Source: a virus
Taxonomy: Duplodnaviria; Caudoviricetes
Virus record (IMG/VR): IMGVR_UViG_3300031746_000019
Location: 1 to 58,517 of that record
Length of the DNA: 58,517 nucleotides
Direction: 5' to 3' (one strand)
In this document: positions 34,482 through 42,465 of the stretch, in pieces
How the letters are laid out: each line of letters starts with the position of its first letter
How positions within the stretch are numbered: the stretch's first letter is position 1
Made by a program: the position numbers and the translations under genes
The notes under the pieces: model-generated
Told to the model about the DNA's origin: nothing
The model's database searches: none
What the model saw: the letters and a program-made list of their open reading frames with translations, nothing else

Positions 34482-36497
34482 ATGATGATGGACCTCTTTC
34501 TCGACAAGAAGCTGACGTTTGTGAAGCTAGGGCAAGAGGCCCTCATGGGGGAAGATCCCAACCAGTGGCCCCAACAGATCTTGGACCAGCTTTTCAAGCA
34601 GGCCCCCTTCACGAGTGACTATGCTCCGAAGGTGGTGCTGGATACGGTAGATCCAGATCGCCGGTATGCCATGGGCAGGGTCGAGCTCACGAACAAACTC
34701 GCCATCAATCCACGGGATGATTCCACGCCACCGGAGATGCTGGGTCGGCAGAAGATCATTGTCCCCACCATCATCCGGGATGGCAGGCTTGCCCCCATGG
34801 ACCTGTTCCTCTGCAACGGCTCCGTCGAGCCGCTCACGGAGGAGAGGGTGAGGACCGCACTGTTTCGTCCTGCGCTCTTCGACTCCATCCGCAAGCGCCC
34901 TGGAGATCTCTCCATGGTCGAGCAGCTGTACCCACCGACCCGCCAGTACGGTGGAGCCAGAGGTCCAATGATCGCGGATGTGGGAGCGAGCGGCGGGGGT
35001 GGGGTGGAGAAAGCATCGTCGGCCAAGCCCGAGCTTCTGATGGACGCCATCCTCCCCACGATCAAGAAGGCGCACGTCGAGCAGCTCACCAGCCAGCTCA
35101 ACCACGATGTGTCTCTACGAACGGCGGTGTTCGCGAACGAAGCCATGGTTCCCTTCATGGCCAAGCTTGCGGGGGTGGAAGCATCCACGCCGGAGTCCTA
35201 CCTTCGGAAGGTGGCTGAGGCCATCCAGCCCACGGTCATCCAGGTGAGCAAGGTAGATGGCGGGTTCCTCGTGAAGAAGGCCAACCCGGACGCTCTAGCG
35301 CCGACCGAGGAGACGATGTCCCGACCGGAGGCAACGGGTGCGCTGGGTGGAGATCTAGTAAGCAAGGTCGAGGCAGACGGCACGACCACCATCAACTCTC
35401 AGCCTGCCATGAAGGATACCCTCACCGACATCGAGATCAAGGTCGCCGATGCCTTCGGCATCTACAAGGTCAAGGCCCTGAACGACAACCGTGAGTTGGT
35501 CGGTTGGGTATTCCCGCACGTCATGGCCTTCACAGGGGAGGTTCTCCCGCTGGCCGTGTTCTCGAACGGCAGTGAGGGTGCGATGCAGGAAGCCATCGCC
35601 GGGGTGCCAGTAGCGAAGCAGACGGACGTGATCGATGTCCCACCGCAGGGGAATGGGTGCTTCTACTACTCGTCCGACAGCGGCTCCGTGGCCTTCGTAC
35701 CTACGCTAGTGAAGTCGGAGATGGAAACACCCGAAGGGCTCGCGTACATGTGCGAGACAGTGATGGGGGAACATCTTCAGATCAGTAAGGTGGAGGGTCT
35801 TCAGGAAGTCAGCCCCATTGGGGAGAGTCACTTCGGTATCCCGATGGATTGTGGGTTCATGCCTCTCGAGAACATCACCGAGCTTGCTGCCAGCCCGGAG
35901 GATTATCTTCAGGACGCCATGGCAAAGATGCAGAAGACCGCTGTTCGTGTGTTCTCGGACGGGACATGCTTCAAGTTCGAGGGCTCGGAAATCGACAAGC
36001 TGGCGAGTGTGATGCCGACGCAGTTCCTAGGCCTGGATGACGCTGTGTTCCTCGCTTCCATCCTCGGTCAAAATCCAGAGCAGATCAAGACTGCCTTCGT
36101 CAACCTGCGAAAGCAGGGTCAGTACGAGACGTGGTTCAACGCCAAGCCTATCCACACGCTTCGTGAGAAGTATGCTGCTGCCAAGACCGCAGCGAAGAAG
36201 GTACTGTCCAATCTGCCAGACCTGCGTGTAGACCTACTGAAGGAAGCCACACCACTCGAAGATCCAACTGCGGTGGACAAGATCTTGTCGGTGGGGTTCC
36301 TCAATCCGGAGAATCTTTCGATCTTCGCCAGCTACATCCCGGAGATCGAATGCACCATCCAGAAGCTGTCCGAGCTTCTCCTGGCTTCCCGCCTGGGGCT
36401 GGGCTCGGTAGATCAAGGGGCACTTCAGAAGTCCCTGGTTCATCTCGACAAGGTAGTCGCGGGGCTGAAGACTCTGGGCACGACGTCACAGGCGTAG
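34482..36497 (+). CDS. Large putative virion protein (671 aa)
   Basis: SD, codon bias and many K-x-A motifs; no recognised family. Confidence 0.65.
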   Translation: MMMDLFLDKKLTFVKLGQEALMGEDPNQWPQQILDQLFKQAPFTSDYAPKVVLDTVDPDRRYAMGRVELTNKLAINPRDDSTPPEMLGRQKIIVPTIIRDGRLAPMDLFLCNGSVEPLTEERVRTALFRPALFDSIRKRPGDLSMVEQLYPPTRQYGGARGPMIADVGASGGGGVEKASSAKPELLMDAILPTIKKAHVEQLTSQLNHDVSLRTAVFANEAMVPFMAKLAGVEASTPESYLRKVAEAIQPTVIQVSKVDGGFLVKKANPDALAPTEETMSRPEATGALGGDLVSKVEADGTTTINSQPAMKDTLTDIEIKVADAFGIYKVKALNDNRELVGWVFPHVMAFTGEVLPLAVFSNGSEGAMQEAIAGVPVAKQTDVIDVPPQGNGCFYYSSDSGSVAFVPTLVKSEMETPEGLAYMCETVMGEHLQISKVEGLQEVSPIGESHFGIPMDCGFMPLENITELAASPEDYLQDAMAKMQKTAVRVFSDGTCFKFEGSEIDKLASVMPTQFLGLDDAVFLASILGQNPEQIKTAFVNLRKQGQYETWFNAKPIHTLREKYAAAKTAAKKVLSNLPDLRVDLLKEATPLEDPTAVDKILSVGFLNPENLSIFASYIPEIECTIQKLSELLLASRLGLGSVDQGALQKSLVHLDKVVAGLKTLGTTSQA

Positions 36498-36499
36498 TC

Positions 36500-37393
36500 A
36501 TGATTGTGCACTCGCCAAGCGAGTTCTTTATCAGGTTCCTCATCTCGCAACGCGATCATGAGCCCAATACCATTCTGCGGATGCTCGAGGACTTCCGCCT
36601 AGAGGGCTTGACCGCTGAATACATACGGCGTCTTCAGCTTCAGATGGAGCCCTTCCCAGATCCCTGGGAGCCAGCACAAAAGGATGGGCCCACCAAGGAC
36701 TACCTCAAGAAGCAGGGCATCTACGATCTCTGGTACCCCACTCCCCATGTGAAGGAGGCGTACGAGATCTTGTCCGCTCCGCAGTTGCGAGCGGACGTTG
36801 AACAGCTCCTGCTCTCCCCTCTCCGTGTGGAAGAGGTGGTGACGCGGCTCAACAAGCACCACGCCGTGGCTCTTACGGTAGAGGGAGTGCAAGCATTCGG
36901 GCATTACTTCTGGAACAAGAAGCTCCTCCCAATGCACGAGTGGGTGGAGTATCTAGAGGTCAGGCCGAACGCAGCGAACAGTACTGCCGTCCTCAGAGTT
37001 AGCCCTGACGTGGCCCAGGCTCTGGTGCCTTGGGTACTAGGGTTGAGTGGGCCTCCCTCCACACTCAACACGGGCATCGTGGCTCGCAGGATGAGGGACA
37101 TCGCCTTCTTGAAGGTGCTCGAGGTCGAGAGACAGCCTGCGACCTTGGCGCACTCGAAGATGATGAAGAACTACATGGACGTGATCAAGGATGCAGAGAA
37201 TGAGATGCGCCAGAGCGATGTTGCTCTGAAGGATGTGCTCTCTGCGTTCGACAAGTTCCGCCTGCGGAAGGACTCTGAGCCTACAGAGTCGATCGAGGCC
37301 GTCGCAGGTCCGAACTATAGCTTCTCTGGTGCAGGTACCGGCAGGGGTGAGGAGCTGGCCAACACACGAGTCGTGGAGGACGACGATGGTTGA
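36500..37393 (+). CDS. Hypothetical protein (297 aa), possible terminase small subunit
   Basis: Start reassigned to MIVHSP; helical; lies upstream of terL. Function inferred from position only. Confidence 0.45.
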   Translation: MIVHSPSEFFIRFLISQRDHEPNTILRMLEDFRLEGLTAEYIRRLQLQMEPFPDPWEPAQKDGPTKDYLKKQGIYDLWYPTPHVKEAYEILSAPQLRADVEQLLLSPLRVEEVVTRLNKHHAVALTVEGVQAFGHYFWNKKLLPMHEWVEYLEVRPNAANSTAVLRVSPDVAQALVPWVLGLSGPPSTLNTGIVARRMRDIAFLKVLEVERQPATLAHSKMMKNYMDVIKDAENEMRQSDVALKDVLSAFDKFRLRKDSEPTESIEAVAGPNYSFSGAGTGRGEELANTRVVEDDDG

Positions 37394-37922
37394 GACAGTG
37401 GCAAAGAAGAAGCCGTTCTGGATGAGTGACGAGGAGTGGCAGCAGCGTGGACTGCCCGCGATGCCGAACTCTGAAGAGAACATGGCGGGGGCAGTCCAGA
37501 AGGGTGTCCCCGAGCTGAACTGGGTGGAGTGCAAGAGCATCATCGGAGCTTGGGTAGAGAAGGACGGGCTTCTTCTCTACCACTTCTACATGAGAGATCG
37601 GAAGCAGATCTTTGATGATGCTCAGAAGAGGATGGACGTCACCCGGGACATGGCTGCCCCAGGCATCATTCAGAGCGAGCAGCAGCGGATCTCTGCTGAG
37701 GCCAATGAGGCTCTTGAGAAGCATCCCTGGCCACCAGCCTTCAAGGATCTACTGGAGCGCGTCATCAAGGACTGCTTCCGATACCAGACCTTCAAGATCG
37801 ACTACTACCTCGAGGTGGACAGCTGGTCTGTGGCCATGCCCGCGCTCGAGACTCCGACGAAGTGGACGGCCGATCAATACGCCCAGCCCATCAAGAGGCT
37901 AGCAGATCAGCTTCAGAGCTAA
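37386..37922 (+). CDS. Hypothetical protein (178 aa)
   Basis: Start reassigned to MVETVAKK with a GGAGG SD. Confidence 0.6.
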   Translation: MVETVAKKKPFWMSDEEWQQRGLPAMPNSEENMAGAVQKGVPELNWVECKSIIGAWVEKDGLLLYHFYMRDRKQIFDDAQKRMDVTRDMAAPGIIQSEQQRISAEANEALEKHPWPPAFKDLLERVIKDCFRYQTFKIDYYLEVDSWSVAMPALETPTKWTADQYAQPIKRLADQLQS

Positions 37923-37924
37923 GT

Positions 37925-38095
37925 GAGGTCCGGCTTTCGCCGGACGACACACCGCTCTCGAGAGATCTGTGGGCGCTACCATGGCCGGCACACAGTAGTG
38001 TCCGCAGATCTCTCTAGCTGGGCGAGGAGATTGGGAGCGACTACGGACGCGCCGGCAATGAGTCCACGTTCTGTAGCCAGTTGACGGGACTCTGT
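37925..38095. ncRNA. Candidate structured non-coding RNA (three hairpins)
   Basis: Hairpins at 37928-37945, 37960-38014 (20-bp stem) and 38039-38078; two loops contain GCCGGC; a minus-strand GGTATAAG motif at 38106-38099 points into the region. Confidence 0.45.
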
Positions 38096-38098
38096 ACT

Positions 38099-38106
38099 CT
38101 TATACC
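38099..38106 (-). promoter_or_regulatory. Candidate phage promoter motif GGTATAAG
   Basis: Exact motif copy; shares a nearby TGTACT (plus strand) with the copy at 124-131. Confidence 0.5.
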
Positions 38107-38111
38107 TTTGA

Positions 38112-39950
38112 GTGAGCGGGGTTTCAGTGGCAGTCATCAGCCTGGCAGAAGCGGCCATACTCAAAGAAGCGAAGCTCATCCCCCTCTCTTGGTCCATCGA
38201 CCGGGGAAACTCTGAACCCTGGTTCGACTACGATGAGGAGGGCAACCCCACAGACTACGGGTTTGACTCCGAGCCGGAAGATCCAACCATCGAAGATCTG
38301 ATGGGCCTGGATGCATCCAAGTTCATATATGACATCAAGCCATCCCAATTCGCTGAGACTTCGATCCGTATCCCCGAGGCGGGGAGGATCGCAGACTTCA
38401 AGTTCGAGGGGCGTGACTACCTCCGGCGGATCTACGACACCAGTGCGGACAAGGTACTACTGAAGTGCGGACGTCAGGTTGAGAAGTCGACCACCTTGGG
38501 AAACAGGCTGCTCTGCTATTCCGCCCTGACCAACAACTTCCGATCCCTCTTCGTTGCTCCCTCTGCTGAACAAGCCAAGGTATTCTCGGTAGACCGTATC
38601 AAGGACGTCATCGAGAGCTCGCCACTCTTGAAGGCGTACACCACTACCAAGATCAACCAGGCGGTGTTCTTCAAGAAGTTCATCAACTTCTCACAGATCA
38701 GACTCCGCTATGCGTACCTCACGGCTGACCGAGTTCGTGGTATCCCAGCAGATCTGATCTGCATCGACGAGCTACAGGACATTCTCGTAGACAACATCCC
38801 GATCATCGAGCAGTGCGCCTTCCACTCTCACTACAAGCTCTTCATATACTCGGGCACCCCAAAGTCTGAGGACAACACGCTCGAGCACTACTGGCAGGAG
38901 TTCTCCACTCAGAATGAGTGGGTAGTTCCGTGTGATAGGCACGGCACGCCAAACAATCCCTCGTCTTGGCACTGGAACATCTTGGGGGAGAAGAACATCG
39001 GTAAGAAAGGATTGATCTGCGACCAGTGTAAGGAACCCATCAGCGCAGCTCATCCGATGGCTCGATGGGCCTCGATGAATCCCAGGTCGGAGAACAATGT
39101 AGAGAAGGTAACCTTCGAGGGCTATCGCATCCCCCAAATCATGGTCCCCTGGGTGGACTGGGTAGAAATCTTGGAAGCACAGGAGCACTACCCTCGCGCT
39201 CAGTTTATGAACGAGAAGCTCGGGCTATCCTACGACTCCGGGAATCGGCCCATCACGAAGGCTCAGCTTGAGGCTTGCTGCCGACCACACATTCGTCTCA
39301 CTGACATCGAGAACTTCCGCCGCCTGGCACAAGGCCGACCCATCTACGCTGGCATAGATTGGGGCACGGGAGAGCGGTCGTACACAGTGATCGCTCTCGG
39401 TGGGTACTTTGGATCGACCAACTTTTCCATCTTCTACGTTCATCGGTTTACCGGACCCGACCTCGAGCCAGATCGGCAGCTGGACCTCATCTCCCAAATG
39501 ATCACGCAGTTACAGGTACAGGTCATTGGCTGTGACTACGGCGGTGGCTTCCACAACAACAAGACCCTCATCCAGAGGTTCGGGGCAAACAAGGTCATCA
39601 AGTACCAGTACAACCCCAGGCAGAAGAAAAAGATCTACTGGGAGCCCAATCTCCAGCGGTACATGTGCCAACGCTCCGAAGTGATGAGTGACATGTTCTC
39701 CGCTCTCAAGAAGAAGCTGATCGATCTACCTTGCTGGGATGACTTCAGGGAACCTCACGGCCAAGACGTGCTCAACATCTTTAGTGAGTACAACAATCGC
39801 CTGAGGATGGAGGAGTTCAAGCATGCGCCGGGAAAGACAGACGATACGTTTCACGCCATCCTCTACTGTTTGCTCGCTTCGATGATCCAGCATCCGCGCC
39901 CCGATATCATCCAGGCGATCAAGGACACTGGTATGGGCAGGGGTACCTAG
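38112..39950 (+). CDS. terL: Terminase large subunit (GpA-like)
   Basis: Walker A-like KCGRQVEKST, 'RVRGIPADLICIDE' Walker B, SGTP motif III, nuclease motifs AGIDWG and DDTFHA; exact start uncertain. Confidence 0.9.
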   Translation: MSGVSVAVISLAEAAILKEAKLIPLSWSIDRGNSEPWFDYDEEGNPTDYGFDSEPEDPTIEDLMGLDASKFIYDIKPSQFAETSIRIPEAGRIADFKFEGRDYLRRIYDTSADKVLLKCGRQVEKSTTLGNRLLCYSALTNNFRSLFVAPSAEQAKVFSVDRIKDVIESSPLLKAYTTTKINQAVFFKKFINFSQIRLRYAYLTADRVRGIPADLICIDELQDILVDNIPIIEQCAFHSHYKLFIYSGTPKSEDNTLEHYWQEFSTQNEWVVPCDRHGTPNNPSSWHWNILGEKNIGKKGLICDQCKEPISAAHPMARWASMNPRSENNVEKVTFEGYRIPQIMVPWVDWVEILEAQEHYPRAQFMNEKLGLSYDSGNRPITKAQLEACCRPHIRLTDIENFRRLAQGRPIYAGIDWGTGERSYTVIALGGYFGSTNFSIFYVHRFTGPDLEPDRQLDLISQMITQLQVQVIGCDYGGGFHNNKTLIQRFGANKVIKYQYNPRQKKKIYWEPNLQRYMCQRSEVMSDMFSALKKKLIDLPCWDDFREPHGQDVLNIFSEYNNRLRMEEFKHAPGKTDDTFHAILYCLLASMIQHPRPDIIQAIKDTGMGRGT

Positions 39951-40447
39951 ACTGCGATCAGGTTGTCTTTTAAGAGCGTCTGCGCCACTTGTGGCAGTTC
40001 CTGGGGTCTGTCAGATTTTTTGATCATTATCACGGCAGAGTCACGAAGGCTCTTTCGGCCCTTTTCCAGGTAGGCGTAGAGTTGCTTCAGAGTGCCGTTG
40101 CGCATGAATCCCTTTGCGCGCCTCACGGCGGTCATCATGCGGATGACCAAGTTGTAGAAGGGCTCCCAGGTGTGCTCGTAGTCGACAATCTCCTGGAGCC
40201 GGACAAACTCGAATTCAGAAAGCTGGCAGAAGAGCTCCGCCCAGAGTTCACATACCTCAGGCGCAAACTGACGTGCTTCAAGACCGAGGAGTTGGGTCGC
40301 ATCCCGGTAGTACTTGAGCAGCTCTTCATCTGGGGCCGTTCGCAGCTTGGACAGCTCCAGCCCAGCTACACGTAGGAGAAAGGTGACCTGGGACTCAAGG
40401 TTGGAGATACGGGCTTCCAGCTTTCTGATCTCAAAGTCTTTCTCCAT
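39947..40447 (-). CDS. Hypothetical helical protein (166 aa), isolated on the minus strand
   Basis: Long ORF with an N-terminal coiled coil and its own promoter-like sequence. Confidence 0.7.
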   Translation of the reverse strand: MEKDFEIRKLEARISNLESQVTFLLRVAGLELSKLRTAPDEELLKYYRDATQLLGLEARQFAPEVCELWAELFCQLSEFEFVRLQEIVDYEHTWEPFYNLVIRMMTAVRRAKGFMRNGTLKQLYAYLEKGRKSLRDSAVIMIKKSDRPQELPQVAQTLLKDNLIAV

Positions 40448-40480
40448 ATGCTTCCCATTGCCGCCTGGCGTATGATATCT

Positions 40481-40509
40481 ATACTATGCACTGGGTGCTG
40501 GTATCACAA
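40481..40509 (-). promoter_or_regulatory. Sigma70-like promoter for the 166-aa gene
   Basis: TTGTGA-17 nt-TAGTAT on the minus strand. Confidence 0.45.
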
Positions 40510-40518
40510 GTCCTTGTG

Positions 40519-40548
40519 TTGACAGTGCTGCTACAGCGAATCTATGAT
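40519..40548 (+). promoter_or_regulatory. Sigma70-like promoter for the head operon
   Basis: TTGACA-18 nt-TATGAT. Confidence 0.65.
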
Positions 40549-40565
40549 TGACCAAAGGTGAGAGC

Positions 40566-41480
40566 ATGAGCGATCAGGGCGCGATTCCCCTTGGACTGGC
40601 CCAGCAGCGGGCCGCAAAGCATGTTGACCCCGAACAGCTAGAATCCATGGGAAAGCGCGCAGCCGCTCTCTATGGTGAAGGCTCACACACCCTGAACGAT
40701 GCGGTCGTGGAAATCCTCAAGACCGCCAAGCTGGCCCCTGAGCAGGTGAAGCGGGTCTGCGAGTTCGCCAACACCTCGGCCTACCTCCGGGAGTTTGAGA
40801 AGGCCGGGGAGATGCGTAACATCACCTTCGACAATGGGCCCGCCGACCCGTCCTACATCCTGAAGGAGCTCAACGATGGGTCTGCTCCCGCTGTTCATCA
40901 GGTCAAGACAGCCGGGTACGCCCCGCCCACCACTAGCTACAAATCCCATGCTTCGGATGCTCTTCTGGCAGAAGCCTTCGGGGTTGACGGTGGTCTGTCC
41001 AAGGTAGCTTCCATCGATCACGCAGCTCGTGCCGATCGTGGGGAAGAGGTCGCAGATCTCAAGATTCGTCTGGAAGGAGTCCACGACGACATCATGAGCA
41101 AGTACGCTTCTTCAGGCGTACTGCTGGGGGACGTGAAGAAGGACCTCTGCGAAGCTACCCGACAAGAGATCATGAACGGTGCGTCCCTGGGGGACGTGGT
41201 CTCTGCTTGGTCTGCCTTCTCCCCGCGTACCTCCTTGACGAAGGAGGCCATGGATCTAGTCCGGAGCCATCTGGCTGAGACCGATACGATGGGGGTGCGT
41301 GACCAGGAGAAGTCACTAGTGAAGGTCGCCAGTGGAAGCTCCCCGAACCCAGCACATCCGATCGTAGATCGATTCATCGCCTTCACGAAAGTCGCCACGG
41401 AGCACCGCAAGCTGGAGCACGCGCTGGATATCGTGAAGGAGCAGCTCCAGGATGTGAACGCGCAACTGAGGAGTCTGTAA
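40566..41480 (+). CDS. Putative internal head protein (304 aa)
   Basis: Start reassigned to MSDQGAI; dense K-x-A motifs (KTA, KVA, KYA, KEA). Confidence 0.6.
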   Translation: MSDQGAIPLGLAQQRAAKHVDPEQLESMGKRAAALYGEGSHTLNDAVVEILKTAKLAPEQVKRVCEFANTSAYLREFEKAGEMRNITFDNGPADPSYILKELNDGSAPAVHQVKTAGYAPPTTSYKSHASDALLAEAFGVDGGLSKVASIDHAARADRGEEVADLKIRLEGVHDDIMSKYASSGVLLGDVKKDLCEATRQEIMNGASLGDVVSAWSAFSPRTSLTKEAMDLVRSHLAETDTMGVRDQEKSLVKVASGSSPNPAHPIVDRFIAFTKVATEHRKLEHALDIVKEQLQDVNAQLRSL

Positions 41481-41788
41481 TGGAGCGCAAACTAGCTGCG
41501 GCGTTCTGGATTCTTCGCAACTCTCAGATCTTTGAGAAGATCGGGGAGGGGGGCGTTCTGGGCGGGGTGAAAAAGCTCTACGGTGCAGTCTCCAAGGGCG
41601 CGAAGACAACTGGAGCGGAACTGACAGCGATGGGTCACCCACTCTTGGGTACTGCCGCTTCTCTGGCCCCTGTAGCGGCTCTCGCCTATGGAGGGAAGAA
41701 GGTCTACGAGTCCCGCCCAGTGCAGCAGGCAATCGCGAATCACAGGCAGCGCCAGTATGAGAAGCAGCTGGCTCAGCAGGGATACTAG
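41480..41788 (+). CDS. Small Gly/Ala-rich protein with degenerate leader (102 aa)
   Basis: TAATG overlap; 'AAAFW......FEKIG'; one hydrophobic segment. Confidence 0.6.
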   Translation: MERKLAAAFWILRNSQIFEKIGEGGVLGGVKKLYGAVSKGAKTTGAELTAMGHPLLGTAASLAPVAALAYGGKKVYESRPVQQAIANHRQRQYEKQLAQQGY

Positions 41789-41790
41789 CG

Positions 41791-42465
41791 ATGAACCCAG
41801 TCGAAGAGTTCCTCGAGCTACAGAAGCAAGCGAACTGGCTTGGTGACTTCGGCAGGGCTCTGGTTGGTCATGGCCCGGGACAGGGAGGTTCCGCCTCGAC
41901 TGCTGCGCAGCTCTTTCAGGCTCCCCTTGCCGCCGCTGCGATAGCGGGTACTGGGCTAGGGATCAGCAAGGGCGTGGGAGCGATCAGAGAGCATTTTGGT
42001 AAGGCTCGGGACTTCCAGAGGATGGTTGAGGAGAACCCATCGCTTCAGAAGGAAGACGCCCGGCACGTCCAGATGCTCTACAACTCTCTGCGTCGCCTCT
42101 CTCCCACGATGGCCAAAGATCCTCTTCTGGCTGGCTCATTCGTACGAGACTCAATCCGCTTCGGACCCGAAGGAGGTCCAGCCGTAGCTCCAAGTACGGC
42201 TAAGATGCTTGCGGATACAGAGAAGGGTGTGGCCGGGGCTGGGAAGAGACATCCAATTCTCGATCTCCTGGGCGGTGTGGGCCGTATAATGCCTCCGCAA
42301 CAGAAACACGAGCTCCCACCGCAGCTAGTAGGACATATCGAAACTCGACGTAATCTCCCAGGGCGCTCTGGAACAATTAGCGCAAAGCAGAACGTATACG
42401 ATCCAGCCGAATGGAACCGCATGTCGGCCGCCGCCGCCGGGGTAGCAGGCCAAACTAACCCATGA
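41791..42465 (+). CDS. Leader-like virion protein (224 aa)
   Basis: MNPVEEFLELQKQA followed by a Gly/Ala hydrophobic segment. Confidence 0.6.
   Translation: MNPVEEFLELQKQANWLGDFGRALVGHGPGQGGSASTAAQLFQAPLAAAAIAGTGLGISKGVGAIREHFGKARDFQRMVEENPSLQKEDARHVQMLYNSLRRLSPTMAKDPLLAGSFVRDSIRFGPEGGPAVAPSTAKMLADTEKGVAGAGKRHPILDLLGGVGRIMPPQQKHELPPQLVGHIETRRNLPGRSGTISAKQNVYDPAEWNRMSAAAAGVAGQTNP

Noticed and set aside
37921-38095. tRNA or hammerhead ribozyme in the structured intergenic region
   Set aside because: No cloverleaf, T-loop GTTC or CCA arrangement and no CUGAUGA core; kept only as an unclassified ncRNA candidate.
38081-38108. TTGACG...TACCTT as a sigma70 promoter for terL
   Set aside because: 16-nt spacing, poor -10 box and too close to the annotated start; possible but not supportable.
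37976-38197. 73-aa minus-strand ORF over the terL start
   Set aside because: Antisense to terL, starts upstream of the GGTATAAG motif, and has no clear SD or protein-like features.
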